Positions 11,916 to 24,624 of a stretch of DNA of 64,000 bases are shown here, in pieces (positions within the stretch are counted from its first letter, which is position 1; each line of letters starts with the position of its first letter). The notes beneath the pieces are model-generated. The model made no database searches. It was not told where the DNA came from and saw only the letters and a list, made by a program, of their open reading frames with translations. Where the stretch lies: NCBI GenBank assembly GCA_030264375.1, contig JASCQW010000146.1, positions 14,512,348 through 14,576,347 of the forward strand, in the 5' to 3' direction. The position numbers and the translations under genes were made by a program. The stretch comes from Carcharhinus longimanus (taxonomy: Eukaryota).

Positions 11916-13095
11916 CTAAGTGTCTGCAGCTCAAAGAGGAGCACAGATTGATGAGCTGAAGTCCAAGCTTCCGCCACTGCAATGCATCAGAGAAAGAGAA
12001 AATTACCTGGGCATTTTATTTCAAAAGTTAGCCACACCCCTAGGTTAGGTATTTTAGATTTGGTCTCAGGTCAGGGCAGGAGGGTGTGATTACGAGTGGG
12101 ACAGGTACGGGGATCAAGAAGGTAACATTGGAGGAGTCTCAGCCCATACAATTGTCCCACAAGTTTGAGGTTTTTGCCCCCTATCTGGATGATAGCATAG
12201 GCTGCAGGGAGGATAAGCAAATTGACCACAACACTGTGGTACAGAGAGGCATTAAAACTTGGTTTGGAGGATAGAAACTGTTTTTGGAAGCCGTGAGTGT
12301 GAGTCCTGAAGCTGTGTGGCCTGTCCAGTGCCAGAGTTAAGGTTATTCCCTGGAGCAAAACTTGCATTGGGAGGGAAAGGACTTAGTCCCTGAGGTCCAC
12401 ATGGGTACTGCTGACATAGTAGGACGAAGAAAGAAGTAATGCTAAGGGAATATGAGAAGCTCGGGGCTAAATTGAAAAGCAGAGCCACAAAGTTAATGAT
12501 TTATGGATTATGATGAGTAAATTGGCATAGGGTAAATAAAATTAGAGAGTTGAATGTGTAGCTTTAAGACAGGTGTGAGAGAAATTGGTTTGGGATCAGT
12601 GTCTTGGTGAATGCATAACTCGGGCTGTATGGTTTTAAAGTACACTGTGCCTGTGGGGATGGGGTGGGGAATGAACACAGCATTTCTAACAAGATGCCTG
12701 AATTGATGACACAAATAGAAATAAATACGTATCGTATGATAGCAATTGCAGAGACATGGTTGCAAGGTGACCAAGACTGAATGTTCAACACTTGACATAA
12801 AGAAGGATAGGAAGAAAGGAGTGAAAAAGGGGTAATAAAGGATGGCATCAGTACAGTAGTGGGAAATTATCTTGGATTGGAAGATTAAGATGTAGAATCA
12901 GTTTGGGTAGAGGTAAGAAATAACAAAGGAAAGAAACTAATGGCAGGAATGGTTTATTATCCCCAGTAGGACAGAATATAAATCAAGAAATAATGGGGGC
13001 TGGTAAGAAAAATATTGTAGTAATTGTGGGTGATTTTAATATTCCTTTGTTGGACAAATCAAATTGACCAAGTATTTTTGATATTGAGTATGTAG
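11915..13095 (+). mobile_element. Degenerate CR1 LINE 5' part (ORF1 esterase-like region and ORF2 endonuclease start)
   Basis: Remnants PIQLSHKFEV, CLSSARVK, 'gtccacatgggtact', IAIAETWLQGD, ESVWVEVRNNKGKKL, IVGDFN; many stops and frameshifts. Confidence 0.75.
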
Positions 13096-13546
13096 AGTGT
13101 TATCACAGTATTGGAGGAGCACAGATTCCAGTAACCAGAGATGGGCTTACAATGAAACATACAGTGCTGCAGTACAGGGTCCCCACAATGGGGGGACCTC
13201 ATACTGAGATGTGGCTGTAGGAGCCCCAATCGGAGCCTGGTGGCTCTGAATTTATGTGGTTTTCGGGGAGAAATGGGGTGGCTCAACCAGAGACCCCAGG
13301 GCTGAGGGCTGGGTGCCAACCGGATCAGAGAGGGCAAGGCCTCTGACTGAGGGTGAGAGCAGAGGCCAGAGCAGACCAGGTAAAGCCAGCAGCAGCCAGG
13401 CAGCTAGCCAGGGGAATCCACGGTCATCAAGCCTCGAGCCACAGCCATCCAAGAAAAAGATTAGCTGACCGGAGGTGCAAGGGCCAGGCAGGTGCCAGTA
13501 TGGTTTTTGGCAAGCCTCAAAGCGATTGATCAAAGGCCAAAGCTGC

Positions 13547-13643
13547 GAATGAGGAGGGTGAGAACAGAGGTCAGGGCTGAGAGTGAGGAGGGTGAGAACA
13601 GAGGTCAGGGCTGAGAGTGAGGAGGGTGAGAACAGAGGTCAGG
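13547..13643. repeat. 34-bp minisatellite, about 3 copies
   Basis: Unit GAGTGAGGAGGGTGAGAACAGAGGTCAGGGCTGA at 13547 (1 mismatch), 13581 and 13615 (truncated). Confidence 0.9.
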
Positions 13644-14232
13644 CGAGGCAGCCAGTGAGTCAGCAGCACACCTGTGAGCTGAAGTGATTGAGGCCAGCAG
13701 CTGCAGACGTGACACGATCACCCCAGACCACGGCTGAGGAAGGCTGAGCATGTGAGGGCTAGGCCCCCACTGGTGGGGGTGGTGGGGGCATGTCACCAGT
13801 GCCAGGATGCGATATCGTAGAAAGGCCTCACAAAGAGGGAGATCACGGGGCCCCAAAACTCTAAGTTGGTCGCTGCTAGCAGCAACATGTGGCATCTTTG
13901 GGGGAGAGCCTGCAGAACAAGCCCAGGCGGCCGTAGGGCAGGACCAGGGGCAAGATTCTGCATCAGCCATGCTTCCTGCATGGCATACATCGAAAAAGGC
14001 TTAGCTTTTTAAAGGAGATGGTGCACTGTGCTGTGACTTTGCAGGCTTGCTATGGCTTCCTTAAGACACTGTATGTGTCCAACCTTCAATGTTAGTTGTA
14101 CTCAGGCACAGAAAGCCTCTTCCCCCTCATAAAGATAAATTGCAATGTGTCCCATTCAGAATAAATCTCATTCATTCACTAATATGCAATTGGCCCGTTA
14201 ATTCTGAAGTGTTCTGTTCAATGCACACTGAG

Positions 14233-14257
14233 TTTGTCTTGTCTATTCTCCTTGCAG
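14233..14257 (+). promoter_or_regulatory. Splice acceptor of the claudin coding exon
   Basis: Polypyrimidine tract 'tttgtcttgtctattctccttgcag|G', 29 nt before the ATG; implies an upstream non-coding exon. Confidence 0.7.
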
Positions 14258-14286
14258 GTTCCACTTGAATCCTAAGTATCTACAAC

Positions 14287-14880
14287 ATGCGGACCCCACC
14301 TCCGATGATCATTGGCATTGTCAGTGCTCCTGTTGGGCTCGTCCTGGTGTTTGTAGCTGTGTTGACACCGCAGTGGCGTCAGGGGCCCATTAGCTTGGGG
14401 AAAAACACGGCTGTGAAGTCTGATGGTTTGTGGGAGTCATGCTTGGAACTGCAAGATACTAAAGAATGCTGGCCGGTGACCACAGTGTACCAGCGCGACG
14501 AGATTGTGCAGTGGTCCAGGGCCCTCATGCTGAGCTCTCTCCTGGTGTGTGGAATGGGGATCATTGTGGCCAGTGTAGGGATACGCTGCTGGATGGACTT
14601 CCCCCTTCGGAATGTAGCCGGGGCCAGTGGAGTCGTCATTATCTTGGCAGGATCTCTGTGCATCACCCCACTCACTCTCTACATGACCTCCATGCAGGAA
14701 ATCAGCCCTGACACCCACACACAGTACCAGAGTGGAAGCTCGCTGTACTTTGGTTGGGCGGGAAGTTGCATTGAGATCTTTGGAGGAATAGCCCTTGCTC
14801 TGAGCTTCACTTGTCCAACGTTTGAGAGATGCAGAGAGTCAGGACAAAATGGCAAAAGACCCTACGAGATTGATTACTAA
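14287..14880 (+). CDS. Claudin, claudin-23-like (197 aa, single coding exon)
   Basis: Four hydrophobic segments; claudin signature W30...GLW(47-49)-x2-C52-x8-C61; N-terminus MRTP..M..G.V.AP.GL, RALM..SL, AS.G.RCW.D.P, AG.SGVV and G.SLY.GW resemble CLDN23; good start context (AACATGC). Confidence 0.92.
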   Translation: MRTPPPMIIGIVSAPVGLVLVFVAVLTPQWRQGPISLGKNTAVKSDGLWESCLELQDTKECWPVTTVYQRDEIVQWSRALMLSSLLVCGMGIIVASVGIRCWMDFPLRNVAGASGVVIILAGSLCITPLTLYMTSMQEISPDTHTQYQSGSSLYFGWAGSCIEIFGGIALALSFTCPTFERCRESGQNGKRPYEIDY

Positions 14881-15744
14881 ATCAAATCATTGGGCACAGC
14901 CTTCCCTGTTTATTTCAATTATACTATTTTACATTAAGGATGTATTAAATGTTAAGTCCCCTCCAACTGTGCGTGACATCCTCAGTTAGTTAATAGCATC
15001 AGTGCCCATCGGGTATGTATTCATTGTGATTGAAGGGCTTGCCAATCCAGAATTAGCCTGGATTCTCCAAGAATTTTCGGGAACAAACACCCAGGAAAAA
15101 AATCATTTTGCATTCAAAAAAGAATTTTCTTTTAAAAGTTCAGTTCATTAGTTAGAAAAATGTTGGCAATGGGAAAGGAAAGCCTGATGGACGGTTAGTC
15201 AAGGATCGTCCAATTGGTAATGAAGTGGTGCATTATAAGAGTAGTCAATGGGAGAAGCGTGGGGCTGGACAGTAAGGGGACAGTGAAACTAACTAAGTTA
15301 GCAATTGTAGTGACTTAACCAGTCCTGGTCTTTATTCAGTAAGTGAAGTGCACAGAACTGGCTGTAAGCACAGCTGCTAACACTTTTTCTCGTGAATGAG
15401 CTGGGCACTGCAGCGTTTGCTTGAGCCAAATGTTAACACCTATCAACTGCCTTTCAGAGTTTATCAGCTGAACTTGCAACTGGTGCCTTAGCTTAAGAAG
15501 GGAGATATTCAAATTCAGCCTTTCTTATATTCTCAAAATTCATTGAATTTTGATAAGGTGCATCACGTTACAGTTCGAATTTGACATTACAGAACCGCAG
15601 TAATGTTCAAGTTCTTTCAGTGCAGTAAGTGGCTGTCTGAGGTACATCACTACACTAATAATTAGTCTGCATGTTAGGTTTGCAGTTTACATTTACATTT
15701 CATGTCAAACAAACATTCTCTGGTTCATACAACCTGAAGGGTTT

Positions 15745-15920
15745 TCTATGGGTTCCAGCCCTTTTGTCTAGTATGGTGAGNNNNNNNNNNGCCTTAAACA
15801 GAGGCTTTTCCCCATTGAGTCTTTGTAGTGATTGCCCCAGGCTTTAGTGTGTGTCTCAGCACATAGCCCCGGATCTTGGATTACACCAGCTGGTGACACT
15901 CAGTCACACTGGAAGAATAT
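15745..15920 (-). mobile_element. Tx1/L1-class LINE 3' fragment
   Basis: 'ccccaggctttagtgtgtgtctcagcacatagccccggatcttgga' read on minus gives SKIRGYVLRHTLKPG, resembling shark Tx1-like ORF2 ends. Confidence 0.45.
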
Positions 15921-17114
15921 AAAGTTTCAGGGAGACCAAATAGTATCTTTCACCCAGCTGCTGGTCCTCCAGAAACTGTTGATGTTGTCTTAATGTGCAT
16001 CCCCTGAACAATCAAAAGAGCATAGAGTTACAGCGCTGCTGAATCTTAACACAAACCACTGGATCTCTTTCTAAACCAGAGTTCTGTTTCTATTACAATC
16101 TCTATCTCTGATCTCTACTGGAGAGGGAGAATTGAGCTTAATTCTGATACCCTCCACAATCAAAGGCAAGGGAATCTCTTAGCTCCACCGATCAGTGAAG
16201 GGAGTGTGGCAATTCCTGCTGAGCTGAACTTTTGAAATGAGGGTCCTTTGATTTACTGCAAGTACTTCCATAATCAATATTTAAAAGAAGATCCTTTAGT
16301 TAACCAACTCAAGTCCCTTATCTGTGCTTTGGTGGAAAGGGGAAATGTCAATATAGGATGTAGAAATCTGAGTGCCATCCCCAAAGGGAGATGGACTGCT
16401 CCCTCTCATGTATTTTCTGCTGCGTTACCTCCTTATTCCTCAACATTCCTTCCTGCTAACCGCCTGAATATCGTGACCATTGTACAATAGTCACCTTTTC
16501 AAAGACAATCTGCCTTTCAATTTCATATTGGCGTCTATCAATTCCTCTCCAATTGCTATTGGGACCCGTTAAGAGAGTTGGACTTCAGACCAAAACTTAA
16601 TAAAGATTACTGCAACTCCAGGCTAGGCAATTGCTCACATTATAAAGTAAAGAGACGACACTATTTCAACATCAGTCAGTAAAATAAAACCACTGACAAG
16701 ACAGCTTGTGACAGCACAGGGTGGATCCACCATCCATCAATGTTTGTGAAAACCTCTGTTGCAGTAATTCAAATAGGAAATGAAAAATGTTGAGAAAGCA
16801 GAACAGCAAAAACCCAGGAAGACCAATGTGAGGTTTCCAAAAAGATTCTGTGGCTAAATAGTAAAGAACATTTGATGAATAAATAATGAAGCCACAAACT
16901 TGAACAGCAAAGCGATAATTACAGAACGTTCTTGGAATAGTTTTATGACAAGGGGGCTACCGAGACTGGAAAATCATTTAAAATGTTTGAAAAGGAAGAA
17001 TATGTAAGGGAAAGGGGTTTTTGACTAAAGAGCTAGATTGAAGGGTTGAATGGTTTCTTTCTATACTATAGTTATGCCAGTGCAGAAATTATCTTGTATT
17101 TAATTCACTCAACA

Positions 17115-17535
17115 AAAATCCTGACAACTTCACAGGTGCATTATAAAATGAAATATGACACCGAGCCACATGAGGAGGTTTTAGGTCAGATGACCAAAGA
17201 TTTGGTCAAGGAAGTAAATTTTAATGAGTATCTTAAAGGAGGGAAATGAGGTGGATAGATTTGGGAAGGAAATTTCTGAGCTTAAAGCCAAGGTGGCTAA
17301 GGCATGCCATCGATGGGAGAGCTTTTAAAATTAGAAATGCTCAGGAGGCCATAAAAGGGGAATGCAGCTATTTGGGAAGCTGTAGAGCTGGAGGAGATTG
17401 CAGAGATTGGGAGGGGCCAGCCCTCAGACAGATTTGAAAACAAGATGGAGAATTTTAAAATAAAGATGTTGATTAACTGGAAGTCAGTAGAGGGCAGCAA
17501 GAACATGGATGAGGGGTTAATGGGTTTTGCTGTGA
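17115..17535 (-). mobile_element. L2-like LINE 3' fragment
   Basis: Similar to 4065-4500 ('atgacaccgagccacatgaggag...gatgaccaaagatttggtcaagga'). Confidence 0.65.
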
Positions 17536-17539
17536 GGTA

Positions 17540-19900
17540 GGGCACAAACAATGAGCGTAAGTTTCTGAGCTGGAGATTGTGCGGTGGAGGGCAGGATAAT
17601 CAGCTGGATAGCAGGGCAGGTTCTTGTGTTTGATTGCATGCTTGGAACTTATTAAGTATGTATTGGCAACTTGCTCTCCAAATCACATGGCAGTGAGGGT
17701 ATTGATTCATCCGTCACACTATTACTTTATTGGGTCAAAGGTCCTGGCGCCATATTTAAACACCATACAAACTCAAATTTTCACTCTCTGCAGCACAGCT
17801 TTGTGATTTGGATTCCCTGAGGTGGGCCTCAGAAGAAAGAAATCCATTTCAAAGTTCAGGCATGATGGCTGCCCTCAATGCAGTCCACAAACGTGATATC
17901 CTCTTCCGGAAGAACGGAACCAGGAGGGCCATCAACCTCACTTCGTTGGCCCGTGAGGAGGGCACAACGGACATCTGTGGCATTGGACCCATGATCTAAT
18001 CCATTTCACCAGGGTAAGTTAACCTTCTCCTCATGCTGGACTCACTCTCAAAATAGCATCAAACATTCAAAGGGTTACACTCCTCCTGGATCTCACACAC
18101 TATTAGATGAGGAGACATCAGCATTGAATGTCTCACACAATCTTTAACATCACTGCCACCTCATCTATCATCCTGCATGAACAGCATCATCAGCCTTCAG
18201 AGGAGGGCTCAGCTGCATGCAGGCACACACATTCCCCAAGCTCTCCTCCATCACTTCTCATCACATTCCATCCACTTTCTGGGAAACACCTCATTGACAT
18301 GTCTCCACAGCAGTCAGAGATAGTGGCAGCCCAGTTCTCTGGCACTCAGAGACAGCTGAAGAACAGACATCTGCTCAGTCTGAGTCAGAGGATGAATCTC
18401 TGGAAATGGCTGTCAAACATGCTGGAGATGCAATGGCAGGCGGTGGAATATTAGGCAGAGTTACGAGAGGCAGTCAACAGACTAGAGTAAGGATGGAGTA
18501 GCCTATTGGTTCCATTCGATTAAATGTCTCCAACGTTCAAGCTCCTCAATGTGCCCATGGCAAGGGTAGTGACAGCCTTGAAGACTTTGGTTCAGCAGGT
18601 TCTGTCGGATTTTGTCAGACCTGTACTCCCTCAATGTAGGCATTGCTGGGTTACATCAGTGGCTAGCTGAGAGGAAAATAGGGCACCTCGATCAACCTTC
18701 TGGTATCTCTTCTCCTCAAGGAGTCAGACTGGGTCCCTTGGGCACCCACAGGAAGGAGGAAAATAAACTGAATATCCCAGGATGATTGACCTAGGATACT
18801 CTGACAGTGTCCAGCTGTTTCCAATCCCAATCCCCTCTGCTTGTGGTTCCATCAGTTGCAGCTCCGCAGACTGTGGGAAATGCCCCTGCTCTGCAGGAGG
18901 AGACCCAAAGCAAGCCAGGACCCTCCAGGCCTTGGCCCTCCAGATGACGGCTGTTGAAATCATCATGGGCAACAGGGCATAGTGGTCATCAGGCTGCCTC
19001 CAGCTCTCTTGTAGATGTCAGGTCTGCACCTACAGATAGCAGTAGGATTAGGAAAGTTAAGAAATTCTGAGAGCACAATGGGTATGGGTATTCCCTCACT
19101 GTATACATCATGCACCTTATTAACTACATTTTGAGTACATGATAATGGTCTCAGTATGTGAGTGCCTCTTGCATATGAATCTTTGTGCTCTCCTATTGCG
19201 AGGGTGATCCAAATTCCCACTCTCTGATTGTCTCCTTTTGTGTGCCTCAGATTCATGTGATGTTTAGCAAACTCCTGTTCAACCCTTGTGTCATGTAAGG
19301 GAGATGTGTCAAGCCATATCCTGAAAGTGACGGCAGATTGAGATTTGATCCTTGCAACACATCATATAACTATGTGTGCACATGTGATTTGGAGGGTTAA
19401 ACCGAACATTGTATGATCAACATTGAGCTGTGTTCATTGGGAGTGTAAAAGCATATGACCTGGAGCCATTATGATCTCTACAACCATGTGAAAATCTCTG
19501 TGGCCACATGAAGTATGTACTTCATGTGACAACTGTATAATGTCAGTTGATGCAGGGTGTACACTAGAGTGCTGGTGCACCAGCTATGGTGTGCTGACGC
19601 CTCCAAGAACAAAGTCTTCATAATTCTTGAGGGAAACAGGTCCAAGGCCAAATACTGACCTTGATGGCATGGTCACTACTTATAAAGCCTTTCCAATTAC
19701 TGACATGGCACTAAGGGACAGGTGTGCACTTGTGTCACTTGCCTGAACTCAGTCAAGCTGGAGCTTTGTGGCTGTCAGAGTGGTGCAGGCATGTCTTAAG
19801 CATTGTATCGCTGAGGTGGCATCCTTTCAGGGATAACTATAATTACCCTCCTCAGGTTCCTACCCTTCTAAATCCTCCTCATCTGAGGAAATCTCTGCCT
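17540..19900. mobile_element. Decayed PIF/Harbinger-like DNA transposon (Myb/SANT-like gene on +, HARBI1-like transposase relic on -)
   Basis: + ORF 17808-17999 (ALNAVHKRDILFRKNGTRR) followed by a G|GTAAGT donor at about 18013; minus-strand remnants AIKVS..ALDLF (about 19630-19672) and HVA (about 19502-19510) resemble HARBI1 motifs. Confidence 0.5.
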
Positions 19901-22900
19901 CCACCATATGTGGTAAGTGATCTCTCCTTTGAAGAGCCAGTTGCAGGGCGCAACAGACTGGAGAGTACTGCAGAACCGTACCCGAACGGCCTAAACAACA
20001 GAAGTGTATCTTCAGAACCTCATGTTTTGCTCAGTGATGGACCTCGTCACAGAGTGCATCATGTTGTATGTCTCCTCTGATGTACTTTGAGGTAACACCC
20101 AGGTGTCATGAACCATCTTTTCAGTGAGTAGTCCTTTTGTGATGATAATGTGCTATTACTATGGATATATATATTGTTTTTAATATTTAAGGGGACTGTT
20201 TTAATGTTTAGTCTTTTTTCAGTCAGTATTTCTGGGGGAAATACAACTCAGATGCTGGGAAAGTAGGATAATTATTCATTTACTCCGTACATTGTTTACT
20301 TAGGAGAGAGCTAATGGACTTTTGTTTACAAAAAGAAAAGATCCCCTGGGGTTTTTGATTAAAGGAATGGAAGGTGGGTTTAGGGTTTATGCAGGGTCAC
20401 GTGACAATGTAGTTAATTGGTGGAGCAGAAAAAAAACAGCTTTTGTGTTGTGATTAGGTTTGTTTAAAGACGGAGGTCTCCAAGCTGCTCAATCCATAAA
20501 ATCTCTCTAAAAGCCTCAAGGCTGCTAACACATTATAGCAAGTATATTTATGGTTGCTGAATATTTAAAATGAACAATGTTGACTCTTGCTCAACTCCAA
20601 ATAGGAGAAGCCTCTTTGGTAAGTCTTTGGTTGTGCTGCTCCCCTGCGTGAGATTGGTTTGACCTCTCCTGTCTGCAGGTCTTCCTGGGGAGATCCCTGA
20701 ACCATGCACCTCAGGTTGGGTCTCTTCTCCAATCTGTGCCAAACCATGCCAGGCACTTCATCTCCTGCTCAGTCTGAGCACTGCCATCAAGAAAGCAGCA
20801 TTGACTGTGCCTGCCATTCTGCCATCTTCCTTCTCTCTGGGGACAGATAGATTTGTGGCATGAAAGTAGCTTACCCAATAATTACAGATCTCCCACTCCA
20901 AGCCAGAAAGCCACTGTCATGTTCTTGGGTTGCACTTGTGCAACCTGCCTTTCCCTTGTAGCTGAGATGCTCTCTTACTGATCATCGGTGTCAAAGGAGC
21001 CACCCCAACAACTTGACATCTCAATCCCATGTAGGATGGAAGAGGAATTTAATTTTGAACTCAGTAGAGTAACTCATACACTGCCTCATTTGGATTTGAG
21101 ATTACCCTGCCCCAAGCACTTTTGGAATGATTGGATGCTGTGCGCCATATCACTCATGTCAAATGGGCAAAACAGTTTGCAAGGCTGTATAGAGCTTCTT
21201 GCACATATCCAGAAGTTGTGCACACCCTCAATGGTTGGCTGATTCTTCTGTTCTCACATTCATCTGATGTTTAAATGCTCAATGAGACCACCACTAATGT
21301 GACCACAATGCCTGGTTTAGTCTTCTGTAAAAGTACACAATGAGTTACTGGTTCCAACTGTAACTTTTCAATAAAGTATTCATGAATTCTCGCTGCTCAG
21401 CCTTCATCTCCATGTGGAAATTCTGTTGACTAAGAAGTTGTCCCTTGAAAGGACCTCTGTGTCAAGCCATGGATTCCTCCCAGACTGCCTCAACCCCTTC
21501 CTGCGGTGATGTCTTTCTCATTTCATTTTTCAAACTGTGTCATTGATTTGCGGTCTCAGCATCACGGTGCTGACNNNNNNNNNNNNNNNNNNNNNNNNNN
21601 NNNNNNNNNNNNNNNNNNNNNNNNNNNNNNNNNNNNNNNNNNNNNNNNNNNNNNNNNNNNNNNNNNNNNNNNNNNNNNNNNNNNNNNNNNNNNNNTCCCT
21701 ACCCTGATTATTGATCCCTTGAAGTTTGTGACAGAAACTGAAAACAATGGCTTCCGTCTTCTCAATATTCAGTTGGAAGAAATTTCTGCTCAACCAGCAG
21801 TTAATGTTGAGTAAACCATCTGACAACTTAAAGGCAGTAGAGGGGTTTGAAAGAGACGATGGTGAGGTAAAAGTTGGGTGTCAGGGGAATGGGACACAGA
21901 GTAGATGTACAGTTCAGAGCAAGGTCCAGTCAGATATAGAAGGAAAACTAGGTCAGTCCAGCAGGCAGAGAAGACATGGGCATAGTAATGCACATGGGAA
22001 GATTGGAAGGCTGAATTGCATTTATTTTAATGCAAGGAGCCTGTCTAGTTGGGCAGATGAACTTAGAGTGTTAATCAGCACTTGGAAACATGATAATGTT
22101 GCAATCACTTGAGATATGGTTAAATGAAGGGCTGGATTGGAAACTCAATATTCCAAGGTATAGAAGTAACCGGTGTGATGGGGGGGTGAGGCGTATAAGA
22201 GAGGAGGAGGCATTGGATTGTTGATAAAATAGACCATCACTGCAGGAATGAGGGAGGGTGTCTCAGAAAGCTCTTCAAATGATACCATATGGGTGGAGCT
22301 TAGAAATAAAAAAGGGCGATCACTTAATACTACCGACCTCCCAACAGTCAGAAAGCGATAGAGGAACAGATATATAGGCAAATCACAGAAAGGTGTGAGA
22401 GGAATAGGTTTATAGAAGTAGGGGATTTCAACTTCAATAATTTTAACTGAAATCACTGGATTAGATGGGGTGGAATTTTTAAAGTCCATCCAGGAGAGTT
22501 TTTTGTGCCAATATGTAAATAGTTCCACTAGAGATTGTACTAAACCTAATCCTGGGGAGCGAAACTAGACAAGTGGTCAAAGTGTCAATAGGTGAGCATT
22601 TTGGGGATAGTAGCAATAACTCGAAGTTTCAGAGTCATTATGGAGAGGGATAAGGATAGTCCAGAAATCAAGTGCCTGTATTGGGGAAGGTTGATGTTAA
22701 TTTCATTAGATAGAATCTGCTAAACATAGATTGGGAACAGCTATTTGCAGGTAAGTCTACATTTGGAAAATGGGGGTCTTTTAAAGGTGAAATACTGGAG
22801 TTTAGGGCCAATGTGTTCCTCTAAGAGTGAAGGGCAAGGGTGGCAAGTCCGGGGAACCCTGTATATCAAGAGATATCAAGGGTTTGATAAACAAAAAGGA

Positions 22901-23159
22901 AGCATATACTAGGTATAGAACACTAAAAATTCAGGGTGGGAAAGCCTTTCGGAGTGTAGAGAGAGTCAGAGGGGTTCTTAAAAAAGAAATTAGGAGGACA
23001 AAGAGGGGCCACAAAATATCATGGCAGATAAGATTAAGGAAAACCCCAAGGCATTTTCTAAATATGTTAAGGGCAAGTCAATGACCAGGGAAAGAGTAGG
23101 GCCCATTTGAGACCAATGGGGCAATCTGTGCATGGAACCAGAAGATGTGGTAGGACAAT

Positions 23160-23895
23160 GAATGCCGATTACAGGGTCAACGGCAGGGTTCTGAGGAATG
23201 TAGAGGAACAGAGAGATCTTGGGGCTCATTTCCACAGATCTCTGAAGATTGCCACTCAAGTGGATAGAGCCATGAAGAAGGCTTATAGTGTGTTAGCGTT
23301 TGTTAACAGGGGGTTTGAGTTTAAGAGCCGTGGGGTTATGCTGCAACTATACTGGATGTTGGTGAGACCACATTTGGAATATTGTGTTCAGTTCTGGTCA
23401 CCTCACNNNNNNNNNNNNNNNNNNNNNNNNNNNNNNNNNNNNNNNNNNNNNNNNNNNNNNNNNNNNNNNNNNNNNNNNNNNNNNNNNNNNNNNNNNNNNN
23501 NNNNNNNNNNNNNNNNNNNNNNNNNNNNNNNNNAATAGAGGTTTATAAGATGATGAGGGGGATAGATACAGTGGACGTGCAGAGACTATTTCCTCGGATG
23601 GATGTAGCTGTTACTAGAGGGCATAACTATAAGGTTCATGGTGGAAGATATAGGAGGGATGTCCAAGGTAGATTCTTTACTCAGAGAGTGGTTGCGGTGT
23701 GGAATGCACTGCCTGTTGCAATAGTGGAGTTGGACACTTTAGGAACTTTCAAGCGGTTATTGGATAGGCACATGGAGCACACCAAAATGATAGGGAATGG
23801 GATAGCTTAATCTTGGATTCGGACATAGCTCAGCACAACATCGAGGGCCGAAGGGTCTGTATTGTGCTGTGCTGTTCTATGTTTCTATGTCTATG
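23160..23895 (+). mobile_element. Younger CR1/HER1-like 3' fragment nested in the older CR1
   Basis: Open frames VEEQRDLGAH...LVRPHLEYCVQFWSPH and TRGHNYKV...FFTQRVVAVWNALP, then a 3'UTR and (TTCTATG)n tail; the older element resumes after 23895. Confidence 0.85.
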
Positions 23896-24624
23896 AGGAC
23901 ACAATCTTAACTTAATATTTTTGCTCTGTATTCACTAATGAGAAAGATATTGGAACTGGAGATTTCAGTTGGTACAGTGAAGTTCTAGAGTATGTTAAGA
24001 TTAATATGGAGGTATTAGATGTTTTAGCAAGCATAAAGGTGCAGGACCTGATGAGATGTATCTCAAGTTGTTTTGGGAGACAAGGAATAGATTGCAGGGA
24101 TTTTTAAATATTTGCTAGCCACATGTGAAGTGCCAAATGACTGGAGAATAGCTATCATGATACTTTTATTCAAAAAGGCAAGCAGGGATAAGTAATTTCA
24201 GGCCAGTTAAGCTAATGTCAGTGAAAGGGAAAATTTTCTGAGGGACAGGATTAATCAATACCTAGAAAGGCAGAGATAGTCAGCATAGGTTTGTTGGTGG
24301 GAAATCCTGTATGACTAACTTAATTGAGTTGTTTGAAAAGATAACTCAATCTATTGATGAGGGTAGCGCATTTGATGTGGTTTAAATGGACTTCAGTAAG
24401 GCCTTTGACAAGGGCCCACATGGAAGGCTGGCCCAAAGTTTAGAGCCCATGGGATCTTAGGCAAGTTGGCAAATTGAATCAAAAATTCGCTTGTTAATAG
24501 GAAGCAAAGGAAGATGGTGAATGGCTGCTTTTGTGATTGGAAGGCTGTGACCAGTGGTGTACCTCAGGGAAAGGTGCCAGGACCCTTGCTGTTTGTTGTA
24601 TACATTAACGAGTTTGATGTGACT

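Noticed and set aside
13547-13643. 34-bp direct repeats as a CRISPR array
   Set aside because: Units are contiguous with no spacers, and the DNA is vertebrate; it is a minisatellite.
14379-14718. Overlapping antisense and alternative-frame ORFs in the claudin
   Set aside because: Shadows of a GC-richer coding exon, with no recognisable motifs.
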